Shown: in pieces, positions 9,135 to 18,932 of the stretch
How positions within the stretch are numbered: position 1 is the stretch's first letter
Layout: each line of letters starts with the position of its first letter
From: Solirubrobacterales bacterium
GTDB lineage: Bacteria; Actinomycetota; Thermoleophilia; Solirubrobacterales; Solirubrobacteraceae
Assembly (NCBI GenBank): GCA_027306855.1
Contig: DAHUYZ010000006.1
Span: forward strand, 375 to 64,374
Length of the DNA: 64,000 nt
Reading direction: 5' to 3'
Position numbers and translations under genes: made by a program
Notes under the pieces: model-generated
Told to the model about the DNA's origin: nothing
Database searches by the model: none
Seen by the model: the letters and a program-made list of their open reading frames with translations, nothing else

Positions 9135-10127
9135 TCACCGCCCGCTTGGTATCGGCGGTGCGTGAACCGGCCTTTGGCGGTAGACGGACGTGAAAGCCCG
9201 TTCGAGCAGGTAGGCGGCCTGGCGCCCCAGTTCGGGCGAGTGCAGCAGCACGACTCCCAGCTCGACGCCGTGGCGCTCGGCGGTCCCGACGAGACACAGC
9301 CCGGCGGCTTCGGTCTCGCCTGTCTTCAGGCCGGTCGTGCCCGGGAAGCCGTAGCGCAGGAGCGGGTTGTTGTTGTACAGGTAGAGCTTGCCCCCCTTGA
9401 TCGGGAAGGGCAGGATCGCGCTCGCGCTGCGCGCTACCGCCGCGATCCTCGGCTGGCGCAGATCGACGGTAGCCAGCTCGGCGAGATCGTCGGCGCACGA
9501 GCTGTTGGCGTTCTCCAGGCCATCGGGCGAGGCGTAGCGCGTGCAGCGCAGGCCGAGCGCCGCGGCCTGATCGTTCATCTCTCGAACGAACGCGCTCACG
9601 CTCCCCGCGCTCGCTTCGGCGAGCGCCACCGCCGCGTCGTTGCCGGAGGGGAGCAGCATGCCGTAGAGCAGTGTCTCGGAGGAGACGCGCTTTCCGAGCG
9701 GGAGCAGGCCGACCTTCGAGCCGGGGGCATCGACTGCGCGCCTGCTTATGCGTACCTGGGCGCTCTGCGGAAGCGAGCGCACCACGAGCAGCGCGCTCAT
9801 CATCTTGGCGAGGCTCGCGATCGGAAGGACCCTCGTCGGGTCGCGCTGCCACAGCACGCGTCCCGTGCGCATGTCGAACAGGAGCCCGGCGCGAGGTGGG
9901 TGGTGGAAGGTGACGTTGACCGCTTCGCTCGGCGCGGTCGGCTCCAGGCGCAGCGGGTGCTCGCCGAGTGGAAGGCCCGTGCGCGAGCGGGCGACGGGTG
10001 CGGGAGAGGCGTGGTGGGCGATCGTCACCTGGTGCGTGCGGTCGTGAGAGTGGAACGCTCCGCTCTCCAGCGCCACCCCGGCGGCGAGCACAAGAGCCAA
10101 CGCGACTCCGATGGCTGCCTTCATCAC
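9135..10127 (-). CDS. D-alanyl-D-alanine carboxypeptidase (peptidase S11)
   Basis: Signal/TM segment; SLAK (SxxK), SGN (SxN) and KTG motifs. Confidence 0.93.
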   Translation of the reverse strand: MMKAAIGVALALVLAAGVALESGAFHSHDRTHQVTIAHHASPAPVARSRTGLPLGEHPLRLEPTAPSEAVNVTFHHPPRAGLLFDMRTGRVLWQRDPTRVLPIASLAKMMSALLVVRSLPQSAQVRISRRAVDAPGSKVGLLPLGKRVSSETLLYGMLLPSGNDAAVALAEASAGSVSAFVREMNDQAAALGLRCTRYASPDGLENANSSCADDLAELATVDLRQPRIAAVARSASAILPFPIKGGKLYLYNNNPLLRYGFPGTTGLKTGETEAAGLCLVGTAERHGVELGVVLLHSPELGRQAAYLLERAFTSVYRQRPVHAPPIPSGR

Positions 10128-10297
10128 CGTGGAGGATTGCGCAAAGACCCGACGATTCCAATTGTGAGGATGAGGAGCACGAAGATCGCGAGCGCCGCCT
10201 CGACCGAGAAGCCCTCCGTGGCGATCGCCGCGATCGTGAGGTAGGCGAAGCCGACGATGACGGCCAGCGCGGCCGCCAGCACGGCGACGCGGGTCAT
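10124..10297 (-). CDS. Small two-TM hypothetical protein (57 aa)
   Basis: ATGA overlaps on both sides; hydrophobic. Confidence 0.65.
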   Translation of the reverse strand: MTRVAVLAAALAVIVGFAYLTIAAIATEGFSVEAALAIFVLLILTIGIVGSLRNPPR

Positions 10298-10698
10298 CCG
10301 GCGATGCCGAGATAGAGCTGCGCCGTGGCCCACACGCCCAGCAGCAGCGCCGCGGGCAGCTCGACTACGCCGGCGAAGAACGGGACGAGCACGAGCGTGA
10401 AGACACGTCCGCGCGGGAACATGACGATGTAAGCGGTAAGCGCCGCCACGGTCGCGCCGCCGCAGGCGATCGGCAGGGCAGCCGTCGTGCTGTCTGAGAA
10501 CGCGAGCGTTCGCAACAACAGCGCAAGCGTCGAGCCGAGCGCGCACAGGCCGAGGAAGCGGACAGGGCCGAGGCGCCCCTCCACGCTTGGCGCCAGCAGC
10601 GCGAGGAACAGAACGTCGAGTAGCGTGGCGATCAGGCTCCAGTGCCTGCTCGGCAGCAGATAGCCCGCGACGCTCGCGGCGATCAGGACGCTCGTCAA
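10294..10698 (-). CDS. Short rhomboid-like membrane protein, catalytic motif degenerate
   Basis: AYIVMFPRGRV...LPAALLLGVW resembles the rhomboid C-terminal half; the GASG motif is replaced by ACGG. Confidence 0.5.
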   Translation of the reverse strand: MTSVLIAASVAGYLLPSRHWSLIATLLDVLFLALLAPSVEGRLGPVRFLGLCALGSTLALLLRTLAFSDSTTAALPIACGGATVAALTAYIVMFPRGRVFTLVLVPFFAGVVELPAALLLGVWATAQLYLGIAG

Positions 10699-10752
10699 TA
10701 GCGGGACGCGCGCATGTGGGAGATTGTCTTTGAGCGGCAGGATCGAGCGAGA

Positions 10753-11718
10753 TTACCCGCTCGCAGCGAGCGGGCCGGTGCCAGGGCGGCGCTGAGGCAC
10801 GTGCTGGTCGGCGTGGTAGCTCGAGCGCACGAGCGGCCCCGCGGCGACGTGGTCGAAGCCGAGCTCATAGGCGGCCTGTTCGAGCGCCGCGAACTCGTCC
10901 GGGTGCCAGTAGCGCACGACCGGGAGGTGGCGCTCCGACGGGCGTAGGTACTGGCCGACCGTCAGCACCTGGACCCCATGCTCGCGCAGGGCTATAAAGG
11001 TTTCAACCATCTCCTCGTGGGTCTCGCCGAGCCCCACCATCAGCCCCGACTTGGTGAGGACCTCCGCGCCTCCCATCTCCTTGGCGGTGCGCAGCACGCG
11101 GCAGGAGCGCTCGAACTTCGAGCCGCGCCGCGCGATCGGGTACAGCCTCGGCACGACCTCGACGTTGTGGTTGAACACGTCCGGTCGCTCGGCGATCACC
11201 TTCGCCAGCGGCATCTCCTGTCCCTGGAAGTCGGGCGTCAATACCTCGACCTGGCAGTCCGGCGCCTGCGAGCGGATCTGGCGGATCACGCCGACGAAGG
11301 CGGAGGCGCCCTTGTCGGGGAGGTCGTCGCGATCGACCGAGGTGATGACCGCGTGGCGCAGGCCCATGCGCGCTACCGAGCGCGCTACGCGAGCAGGCTC
11401 GAGCGGGTCGTTCCACGTCGGCTTGCCCGTCTTCACGTTGCAGAAGCCGCAGCGCCTCGTGCACGTGTCCCCGAGGATCATGAACGTCGCCGTTCCCCTC
11501 TCCCAACACTCTCCGACGTTTGGGCAGGCCGCCTCCTGGCAGACGGTGTGCAGGCTCTCCGAGCGGATCAGCGCCGAGAGCTCGCGATAGCGCGGACTGC
11601 CCGCCGCGGGCACTTTGAACCACGGCGGCTTGCGCTCGCGCAGAGGGCGTACGTTTGGGCCGAGGACCTTCAGCACGTCCATGCCGCCCGGGTTCGAACG
11701 TGATCGAGTGGCGCTCAT
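10753..11718 (-). CDS. lipA: Lipoyl synthase
   Basis: CQEAACPNVGEC and CTRRCGFC radical-SAM motifs; RSSYHA. Confidence 0.97.
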   Translation of the reverse strand: MSATRSRSNPGGMDVLKVLGPNVRPLRERKPPWFKVPAAGSPRYRELSALIRSESLHTVCQEAACPNVGECWERGTATFMILGDTCTRRCGFCNVKTGKPTWNDPLEPARVARSVARMGLRHAVITSVDRDDLPDKGASAFVGVIRQIRSQAPDCQVEVLTPDFQGQEMPLAKVIAERPDVFNHNVEVVPRLYPIARRGSKFERSCRVLRTAKEMGGAEVLTKSGLMVGLGETHEEMVETFIALREHGVQVLTVGQYLRPSERHLPVVRYWHPDEFAALEQAAYELGFDHVAAGPLVRSSYHADQHVPQRRPGTGPLAASG

Positions 11719-12392
11719 GCCGGCGTCAGCTCCCCCTGACGAGCCTCGCAGAAGCAACGCCCCATCAGCTCGGCAAACGCGTCGAAGCCGCCCGCCGGTT
11801 CCTGTCCGAGCTCATTCTGCACGGACGTCATCCTGACCCCCGAGAGCCCGCACGGCACGATCCACTCGAACGGGGCGAGGTCGTTGACCACGTTGACAGC
11901 GAAGCCATGGGTCGTGATCCCGCGTGAGACGTGCACGCCGATCGAGGCGATCTTGCGATCCGCCACCCAGACACCGGTGTAGTCGATGCCCTCGTCCGCA
12001 CGCGAGCGCGCCTCGACCCCGTAGTCGACGATCGCCGCCACGATCGCCGCTTCCATCGTGCGCAGATGCGCGATGACGTCGCCGATGCGCATGATCGGAT
12101 AGCCGACGAGCTGGCCGGGGCCGTGGTATGTGACCTTGCCGCCCCTGTCGGTCGGCACGATCTCGATGCCGCGTGCCCGGTAGAAGTCCTCGCCCAGCGC
12201 CAGCTCGCCGTCTTGCGAGCGCCGCCCGCGCGTGTACACGGGCGGGTGCTCCAGCAAGAGCAGAGTGTCGGGGATCTCGTCGGCAAGCCTGCGCGCCTGC
12301 AGGTCGGCTTGGAGCGCGAGCGCGTCGCGGTAGGGGACGGTGCTTAGGCGGCGAACGTCGATCCGATCGGTGGGCGTATGACTTCGGTCCAT
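11715..12392 (-). CDS. lipB: Lipoyl(octanoyl) transferase
   Basis: LLLEHPPVYTRG, DRGGKVTYHGPGQ and RKIASIG motifs. Confidence 0.96.
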   Translation of the reverse strand: MDRSHTPTDRIDVRRLSTVPYRDALALQADLQARRLADEIPDTLLLLEHPPVYTRGRRSQDGELALGEDFYRARGIEIVPTDRGGKVTYHGPGQLVGYPIMRIGDVIAHLRTMEAAIVAAIVDYGVEARSRADEGIDYTGVWVADRKIASIGVHVSRGITTHGFAVNVVNDLAPFEWIVPCGLSGVRMTSVQNELGQEPAGGFDAFAELMGRCFCEARQGELTPA

Positions 12393-12401
12393 TGATTCAA
12401 C

Positions 12402-13697
12402 TTAGAGCGTCAAGGCGGCCGGCTCCTGCAACAACTCGCGCACGCGCGCGAGGAACAGGGCCGCGTCCGCGCCGTAGAGGATGCGGTGGTCGCAGGAGAG
12501 GGTCACGCTCATCGCGTGACGCGAGACGACCTGGCCGTCGCGCACGACCGCACGTGGCTCGACGGCGCCGACCGCGAGGATCGCCGCCTGGGGCGGGTTG
12601 ACGATCGCGGTGAACTCGCGGATGCCGTACATCCCCAGATTCGACACGGTGAACGTCGCGCCGCTCAGCTCGGGCGGGGTGATCGTTGCGTCGCGGACCC
12701 GCCCGGCCAGCGCCCGCGTCTCGCGCGCGATCTCGCCGAGCGACTTGGTGTCCGCGTCGAGCACGGTCGGCACGACGAGCGCGCTGCTGATCGGGTCATC
12801 GGCATCGACGGCAACCGCCACGCCGACATTCACGCGCGAGTGCAGCTCGAAGCGCCCGTCGCGATAGCCGCCGTTGGCGCGCGGGTGCTCGTGCAGGGCG
12901 AGCGCGCAGGCCTTGACGACCATGTCGTTGTAGGTGGGGGCCTCCTCGGGGGAGAGTCGCTTCAGCTCGGCGCGCAACTCCCCGCAGCGCGCCATGTCGA
13001 TCTCGATCGACAGCGGGAAATGCGGGATCGTCGCCGTCGACGCGGCCATCCGGCGCGCGATCGTGCGCTGGGTGCGCGAGGGCTCGACGACCGTCGCCTC
13101 GCCCTTGGCGGCCGTCACGTCCTTCACGGACGCGGCGGCGGGCATGGCGGCCTCGGTGGGGACGCCCCCCGACGTGCCGGCGTGCGGCGGCGCGGCCGAA
13201 GCCGGCGCCTGTACGTCGGCCTTCACGATCCGCCCGCCCGGGCCGCTTCCCTGCAGCGTGCTCAGATCGACGCCTCGCTCGCGGGCGATGCGCCGCGCCA
13301 GCGGAGACGCCTTTACCCGCTCGCCCTGCGCTGCGCGGTTTGCCGGCGACTCGACGTTCGAAGGTCCGGGCGACGATTCGATGGGCATGGCCGGCGGCTG
13401 CGCGGCGGCATCGGAGAGGGCGCCCTCGGCCGGAGACTGCGTGAGTGAGGGCGGCTGTCCGTCCCGCTGCCCTCCGATCCGCGCGATCAGCTCACCGACG
13501 GCGAGTGTGTCGCCCTCGCGGGCCACAGTCTGGAGGACGCCCTCGCGGTCGGCCTCATATGTCATCGACGCCTTGTCCGTCTCGATCTCCGCCAACCCTT
13601 CGCCACGGCGCACGTGCTCCCCGTCGCGTTTGAGCCAGCGCAGGATCGTTCCCTCCTCCATCGTGTCTGACAGACGAGGCATCACGATGTCGGTCAT
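12402..13697 (-). CDS. pdhC: Pyruvate dehydrogenase E2 dihydrolipoamide acetyltransferase
   Basis: MPRLSDTMEEG lipoyl domain with ETDKA, ASPLARR binding domain, SNLGMYG and DHRILYG. Confidence 0.95.
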   Translation of the reverse strand: MTDIVMPRLSDTMEEGTILRWLKRDGEHVRRGEGLAEIETDKASMTYEADREGVLQTVAREGDTLAVGELIARIGGQRDGQPPSLTQSPAEGALSDAAAQPPAMPIESSPGPSNVESPANRAAQGERVKASPLARRIARERGVDLSTLQGSGPGGRIVKADVQAPASAAPPHAGTSGGVPTEAAMPAAASVKDVTAAKGEATVVEPSRTQRTIARRMAASTATIPHFPLSIEIDMARCGELRAELKRLSPEEAPTYNDMVVKACALALHEHPRANGGYRDGRFELHSRVNVGVAVAVDADDPISSALVVPTVLDADTKSLGEIARETRALAGRVRDATITPPELSGATFTVSNLGMYGIREFTAIVNPPQAAILAVGAVEPRAVVRDGQVVSRHAMSVTLSCDHRILYGADAALFLARVRELLQEPAALTL

Positions 13698-14785
13698 CGA
13701 GATGCCCTCGGCATCGCTTCCTGGATCGCCCCGGGTGCGACTCGGTGGGCGTCCCGCTCGCCGTCATGGGCAGGTGTTGGGGCGATGGAGGCGGCGGAGG
13801 AGTCGCGTCCGAGAACGAGGAGAGCGGCACGCACGATGTCCGACTCATGCGGGAATGCGATGTCCTCGAGCGGCTTCGAATAAGGCATCGGCACATCCGC
13901 GCCGCTGACGCGCGCCACGGGCGCGTCGAGGTCGTCGAAGGCCTGTTCTGAGATGAGCGCGACGAAGTTCGCGCCGACGCCTCCGTGCGGCCAGCCCTCC
14001 TCGACGATGATGCAGCGGTTCGTCTTGGCGACAGAGGCGAGGATCGTGTCGAGGTCGAGCGGGCGCAGCGTGCGCGGATCGATCACCTCCGCGTCGACGC
14101 CGTGCTCGGCCGCGAGCTGATCCGCTGCGCGCTCCGCCGTCAGCGCCATGCGTGAGACGCCGACGATCGTTACGTCCGAGCCTTCTCGCGCCACGCGCGC
14201 GCAACCAAAGTCGGTGACGCCCTCCTCGGTCTCATCGACCTCACCCCGCACCCCGTACAGCGACTCGTGCTCGACGAACACGACAGGGTTCTCGTCACGG
14301 ACCGCCGCCTTCAGTAGGCCGCGCGCGTCCGCGGGCGTCGCCGGCGCCGCCACGAGCAGCCCCGGCACGTGCAGGAACATCGCCTCGAAGCAGTGCGAGT
14401 GCGTGGGGCCGAGCTGATGGCCTGCGCCCTGGGGCATGCGCACGACGAGCGGCACGCGCGCCTGGCCACCGAACATGTAGTGGATGTGGGCCGCATGGTT
14501 GACGATCTGGTCGAACGCGAGCAGCGCGAAGTTGACGGTCATCAGCTCGACGACCGGGCGCAAGCCGACCATCGCCGCGCCGATCCCGACTCCGACGATC
14601 GTGTTCTCCGAGATCGGCGTGTCCCGTACGCGCCGCTCGCCGAACTGCGCCAGCAGGCCCTCGGTCACCTTGAAGGCGCCGCCGAAAACCCCAATGTCCT
14701 CCCCCATCAGGACGACTCGCTCGTCGCGTTCCATCTCCTCGCGCAACGCCAGTTTGAGTGCGTCCCGGTAGCGCATCTCGGTCAT
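13694..14785 (-). CDS. pdhB: Pyruvate dehydrogenase E1 beta subunit
   Basis: GEDIGVFGGAFKVT, DTPISE and HSHCFEA motifs. Confidence 0.95.
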   Translation of the reverse strand: MTEMRYRDALKLALREEMERDERVVLMGEDIGVFGGAFKVTEGLLAQFGERRVRDTPISENTIVGVGIGAAMVGLRPVVELMTVNFALLAFDQIVNHAAHIHYMFGGQARVPLVVRMPQGAGHQLGPTHSHCFEAMFLHVPGLLVAAPATPADARGLLKAAVRDENPVVFVEHESLYGVRGEVDETEEGVTDFGCARVAREGSDVTIVGVSRMALTAERAADQLAAEHGVDAEVIDPRTLRPLDLDTILASVAKTNRCIIVEEGWPHGGVGANFVALISEQAFDDLDAPVARVSGADVPMPYSKPLEDIAFPHESDIVRAALLVLGRDSSAASIAPTPAHDGERDAHRVAPGAIQEAMPRASR

Positions 14786-15915
14786 TGTCCGTCTCCCCCC
14801 GCACGGGCTTGCGTGTCGAGGGCGCCATCCAAGCTCGCGGGCGCGCGCGGCGTTCCGTGGTAGTGGCCGTGGATTTGATGGTCGAGCACGTACACGTCCT
14901 CGTACAGCGATTTCTTGTCCGGGAAGGGGGACTCCTCCGCGAATGCGACGGCCTCGTCTACGGCACGGACCGCCTCCTCATCGATGCGTTCGCGCTCGGC
15001 GGCGTCGATCATCCCTTGCTCCTGCAGCAGCGCGCCGAACGCGGGGATAGGATCGCGCTCGCGCCACTGCGCGACCTCCTCTTTTGTGCGGTACTCCTCC
15101 GGGTCTGCCATCGAATGGCCGCGGAAGCGATACGTGACCGCCTCGACGAGCACCGGCCTTCGCTCCTCGCGCACGTGTGCGAGCGCCTGCGATACGACCC
15201 TGTGCGTGTCGAGCACGTCCATTCCGTCGCAGGCCATTCCCGGCACCCCCAGCGACTCGCCCTTGCGCTGCAGGTCCGTCACCGCCGAGTGGCGCGCAAG
15301 CGAGGTGCCCATCCCGAACTGGTTGTTGATCACCATGAACACGACCGGCAGCCTCCACAGAGCCGCGAGGTTCAGCGTTTCGCCAAACGTCCCCTGGTTC
15401 GTCGCCCCGTCGCCGAACGTGCAGAGCGTGACCTCTTCGTCGTTCCCATCGGCGTTCGTGCCTTCGATCGAAACATTCATCTTGCCCGCGAGGCTCACCG
15501 CACGGCGTTGGTCGCAGGCGAGCGCGATCCCTGCGGCGATCGGGAGATTTCCACCGACGATCCCGTACCCGCCCATGAAGCGCCGCTGCGCGTCGAACAT
15601 GTGCATCGAGCCGCCGTGCCCTTTTGAGCAGCCGTCCGCCCGTCCGAACAGCTCGGCCATCACCTTGCCGGGCGGCGTTCCGCGCGCGAGCGCGTCGCCG
15701 TGCGAGCGGTACGTCGAGACGAGGTAGTCGGACTCGCGCAGCGCCCTCGTGCTGCCCACGATCGTCGCCTCCTCGCCGATCGACAGGTGCAAGAAGCCCC
15801 CGATCTTCGCCCTCGCGTACATCTCGCCGGCTCGCTCCTCGAAACGGCGGATGAGCGTCATCGCCGCGAGCCATTCGCGCGCCGTCTCTTGGTCGGGGAG
15901 AGCCGATGTCGCCAT
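14782..15915 (-). CDS. pdhA: Pyruvate dehydrogenase E1 alpha subunit
   Basis: IGGFLHLSIGEEA, GGSMHMF, FGDGA and YRFRGHSMADP motifs; start at ATG 15915 with GGAG RBS. Confidence 0.95.
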   Translation of the reverse strand: MATSALPDQETAREWLAAMTLIRRFEERAGEMYARAKIGGFLHLSIGEEATIVGSTRALRESDYLVSTYRSHGDALARGTPPGKVMAELFGRADGCSKGHGGSMHMFDAQRRFMGGYGIVGGNLPIAAGIALACDQRRAVSLAGKMNVSIEGTNADGNDEEVTLCTFGDGATNQGTFGETLNLAALWRLPVVFMVINNQFGMGTSLARHSAVTDLQRKGESLGVPGMACDGMDVLDTHRVVSQALAHVREERRPVLVEAVTYRFRGHSMADPEEYRTKEEVAQWRERDPIPAFGALLQEQGMIDAAERERIDEEAVRAVDEAVAFAEESPFPDKKSLYEDVYVLDHQIHGHYHGTPRAPASLDGALDTQARAGGDGQ

Positions 15916-15955
15916 GGCCTTGCTCCTCAGAACGCGGGAGTCTTGACGGTGGTCC

Positions 15956-16195
15956 TCACGCCTCCACGGTACTCCAGCGCGCGAGGAAGTCCTCGCGATC
16001 CATGCGCGCCAGGTCCTCACGCAGTTCGCGCGCGCGCTTGGAGGCCGTCTGCGGCGGGCAGTCCCAGTAGAAGACGACCTCGCCGCCGTCGATCTCCACC
16101 ACCTCTATATGGTCGACGCGATCGGGGCTTGCCAGGAACGCGGGAGTCAGCCCGCCGCGGCGCACGATCAGCCGAAAGCAACGGCCCGCTCTCAT
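15956..16195 (-). CDS. Small hypothetical protein (79 aa)
   Basis: ATGA-coupled to the upstream DsbA-family gene; protein-like sequence. Confidence 0.65.
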   Translation of the reverse strand: MRAGRCFRLIVRRGGLTPAFLASPDRVDHIEVVEIDGGEVVFYWDCPPQTASKRARELREDLARMDREDFLARWSTVEA

Positions 16196-16800
16196 CGCGC
16201 CCCGACGCCGGCCGGCTCTGCCGCGAGCGTCTGTGCATATGCGGCGGCTCGCTCCAGCTCGCGCTCTCCATGGAAGACGTGCTCGCCGATCCGCACGGCC
16301 GGCACGTCTATCACGCCGAGCTCGCGCGCCGCGGTCGTCGCCCGCTCGAGCTGCTCCGCGACTGAGCGGCGCTCGGTCGCCTGCACGACCGCCGCAGGGT
16401 GCATCTCGCACGCCGCCGCCGCGATTAGCACGTTGTCGCGCTCCTGCAGATCCCGGCCGCCCGCGAACGCCTGCCTGAACGCCGCCTGGGCGAACGCTAC
16501 GACGCGGCCGATCGACTTCGCGTACGTCGCGACCCTCATCGCTGTCGCGCTATCGAATGGGAACGGATCTGGCCAGCGCAGCGGCTGCAAGCCAAGCGAC
16601 GCCGCTCGCAGCTCCACTTCCGAGCGAAAGATCTCCTCCTCTTTGCGGCACCTGAACGTCTGGAAGCTCTCGGCGCTCGGAAGCTCGCGTGCGAGGATCG
16701 GCTGCCACTCGCACGCGATCGGCATCGTCTGCAGGATGCGCTCGGCGGCCAGGTAGGCGAGGGGGCTTTGCAGGTCGAAATAGAAGGCGGCCTCGATCAT
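16192..16800 (-). CDS. DsbA family / 2-hydroxychromene-2-carboxylate isomerase-like protein
   Basis: FYFDLQSPLAYL and GVIDVPAV motifs. Confidence 0.85.
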   Translation of the reverse strand: MIEAAFYFDLQSPLAYLAAERILQTMPIACEWQPILARELPSAESFQTFRCRKEEEIFRSEVELRAASLGLQPLRWPDPFPFDSATAMRVATYAKSIGRVVAFAQAAFRQAFAGGRDLQERDNVLIAAAACEMHPAAVVQATERRSVAEQLERATTAARELGVIDVPAVRIGEHVFHGERELERAAAYAQTLAAEPAGVGAR

Positions 16801-16985
16801 ATCGAGAGCGTAGCTCCGACAGGCGGGCCGGAGTAACCGCATCCGGCTCCGGGCCGGCGCACCCTCGCTCCCTGAGTGTTAGGTGACCGCTGCGGGCGCG
16901 CCGGCAGTTACCGCGGCCGGCCATCCGGGCCGGCCTGATGGTGTCGGCCAACGGTTGGCGCCGACCGTCTCGGCTCCTTGGCCCC

Positions 16986-18407
16986 TCAACCGTGGATGAG
17001 CCAGCCGTCAGCGGCGCGGGCAGCCTCCATGACGGCCTCGCTCAGGGTGGGGTGGCCGTGAATCGTGTGGGCCACCTCGGAGAATCCGCCCTCGAGGGCG
17101 CGCACGTTGACCAGCTCCTGGATCAGCTCGGTAGCGCGCGAGCCGACGATGTGGCCGCCGAGCAGCTCGCCGTACTTGTGCTCGCCTACGATCTTGACGA
17201 GGCCCGTGCGGTCCCCGTACACCGTGCCCCCGCCGACCGCGCCGTAGGTGACCTTGCCGGTCACGACGTCGTAGCCCTGCTCGCGCGCCTGCTCCTCGGT
17301 CAGCCCGAACGAGCCGACGTTCGGCGTGCAGAACGTAGCCCGCGGGATGTCCTCGTAGGCGAGCGGGTGCGTCGCAAGGCCCGCAGCGTCTTCGGCGGCG
17401 ATGATGCCCTCGTCGGAGGCCTTGTGCGCGAGCGCCGGCCCGTGCACGAGATCGCCGATCGCGTAGACGCCGGCAGCGCTCGTGCGTTGGGCGCCGTCCA
17501 CTTTGACGAGGCCGCGCTCGTCGAGCTCGACGCCGGCCTGCTCCAAACCGAGCGCCTGCACGTCTGGACCGCGGCCCGCGGCGATCACGAGATAGTCGAC
17601 TTCGGCCTCCTCACCGCCCCCATCGGCGCCGGCTCCATAGCGAAAGCGCACGCTCGTCTCGGTGGCCGTTACGCCTTCGACGGGCGTGGCCGTATGGATG
17701 TCGATCCCCTGGCGCTTCAGGCCCCGCTCGGCAAGCCGCGAAATGTCCGCGTCCTCGGTTGGCAGCACCCTGTCGAGCATCTCCAGCAGGATCACCTCGC
17801 TGCCAAGACGCGCAAAGCCCGACGCTATCTCTGCGCCGGACGCCCCCGCGCCGACGACCGCCAGGCGCGCGGGCAGCTCCGCGAGCGCCCACGCCTCCTC
17901 GGTGCCGATCACCGCGCCACCGAGCTCCACGCCCGGGATCGTGCGCTTCACGGAGCCCGCTGCGAGGATCACGCTGCTTGCGGCGAGCTCGGTGTCGCCG
18001 ACGAGCACGCGCACGGCGCCGGCCGCGTTGCCGTTTCCGCCTCCCGCTCCGGACAGGAGCGACGCCTCCCCTTCGATCAGCTCGATCCCGTTCTTCTTTA
18101 ACAGCCCGCCCACGCCGCCGGTCAGCGTCGAGACGACCTTCTCGCGCCGTGCCTGGATCGCGGCGTAGTCGATCTCGACCCCGCTCACGTTCAACCCGTA
18201 GTCGCCCGCCTCGCGGATCTCGCTCAGCATGTCAGCGCTGCGCAGGACCGCCTTTGCGGGGATGCAGGCGTAGTTCAGGCAACGCCCCCCGACCTTGTCG
18301 CGCTCGATGACTACGGTCTTCTTGCCGAGCTGGGCAGCCCTGATCGCCGCCACATAGCCGCCCGGGCCGGCGCCGATCACGATCGTGTCATACGAGGACT
18401 CGGCCAT
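16986..18407 (-). CDS. lpdA: Dihydrolipoyl dehydrogenase
   Basis: GAGPGGYVAA, GGRCLNYACIPAK and HPTLSE motifs. Confidence 0.96.
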   Translation of the reverse strand: MAESSYDTIVIGAGPGGYVAAIRAAQLGKKTVVIERDKVGGRCLNYACIPAKAVLRSADMLSEIREAGDYGLNVSGVEIDYAAIQARREKVVSTLTGGVGGLLKKNGIELIEGEASLLSGAGGGNGNAAGAVRVLVGDTELAASSVILAAGSVKRTIPGVELGGAVIGTEEAWALAELPARLAVVGAGASGAEIASGFARLGSEVILLEMLDRVLPTEDADISRLAERGLKRQGIDIHTATPVEGVTATETSVRFRYGAGADGGGEEAEVDYLVIAAGRGPDVQALGLEQAGVELDERGLVKVDGAQRTSAAGVYAIGDLVHGPALAHKASDEGIIAAEDAAGLATHPLAYEDIPRATFCTPNVGSFGLTEEQAREQGYDVVTGKVTYGAVGGGTVYGDRTGLVKIVGEHKYGELLGGHIVGSRATELIQELVNVRALEGGFSEVAHTIHGHPTLSEAVMEAARAADGWLIHG

Positions 18408-18419
18408 CGCTGACTGAGC

Positions 18420-18932
18420 CTATCGCAGCGCTTCGTCTGTCTCCTTCTCGACCGGCGCGCTTGCGCGTTCGCCCGCCTGGAGCCTGCCCATCACCCTCAC
18501 AAGCTTCCAGAACAGCCAGCCCGCCAGCACGACGCTCCCCACGCACAGTCCCGCCGCGAGCAGTGTGTCCGCGACGACGAGGGCGAGCGAGGTAACGACG
18601 ATCTGGAATGCGAGCAGCGCCTCGAATGCGAGCACCGCCCAGTAGCGCTTGCGGTACATCCCCTGTGCGAGCCACACCAGCACGACCGCGATGAACGCTC
18701 CGCCGACGGGCGAGCCGCCTTGGTGCGCTAGCCCTTTGATCGTGAGCGTGCCCGCCAGTACCCCGATTGCGAGGACAGCCGCCACGACGACAGCGACTCG
18801 CAGCGCTGCCGGCCGCTCGTCTGGGCGCAGCGGCACAAGCGCAGCTCGGGCCTGTGTCTCGCGTTCGCTCTTGGGGCTCAGCCGGGGGCCTGGCGCCCGG
18901 CGGATGTCGGACGGACTCTCAGGCCCAGCCAT
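18420..18932 (-). CDS. Hypothetical membrane protein
   Basis: Four hydrophobic segments; overlaps the thiE stop. Confidence 0.75.
   Translation of the reverse strand: MAGPESPSDIRRAPGPRLSPKSERETQARAALVPLRPDERPAALRVAVVVAAVLAIGVLAGTLTIKGLAHQGGSPVGGAFIAVVLVWLAQGMYRKRYWAVLAFEALLAFQIVVTSLALVVADTLLAAGLCVGSVVLAGWLFWKLVRVMGRLQAGERASAPVEKETDEALR

Noticed and set aside
16830-16985. Several GC-rich hairpins between lpdA and the DsbA-like gene (riboswitch or SRP candidate)
   Set aside because: No recognisable conserved riboswitch or SRP motifs; such stems are expected by chance at high GC
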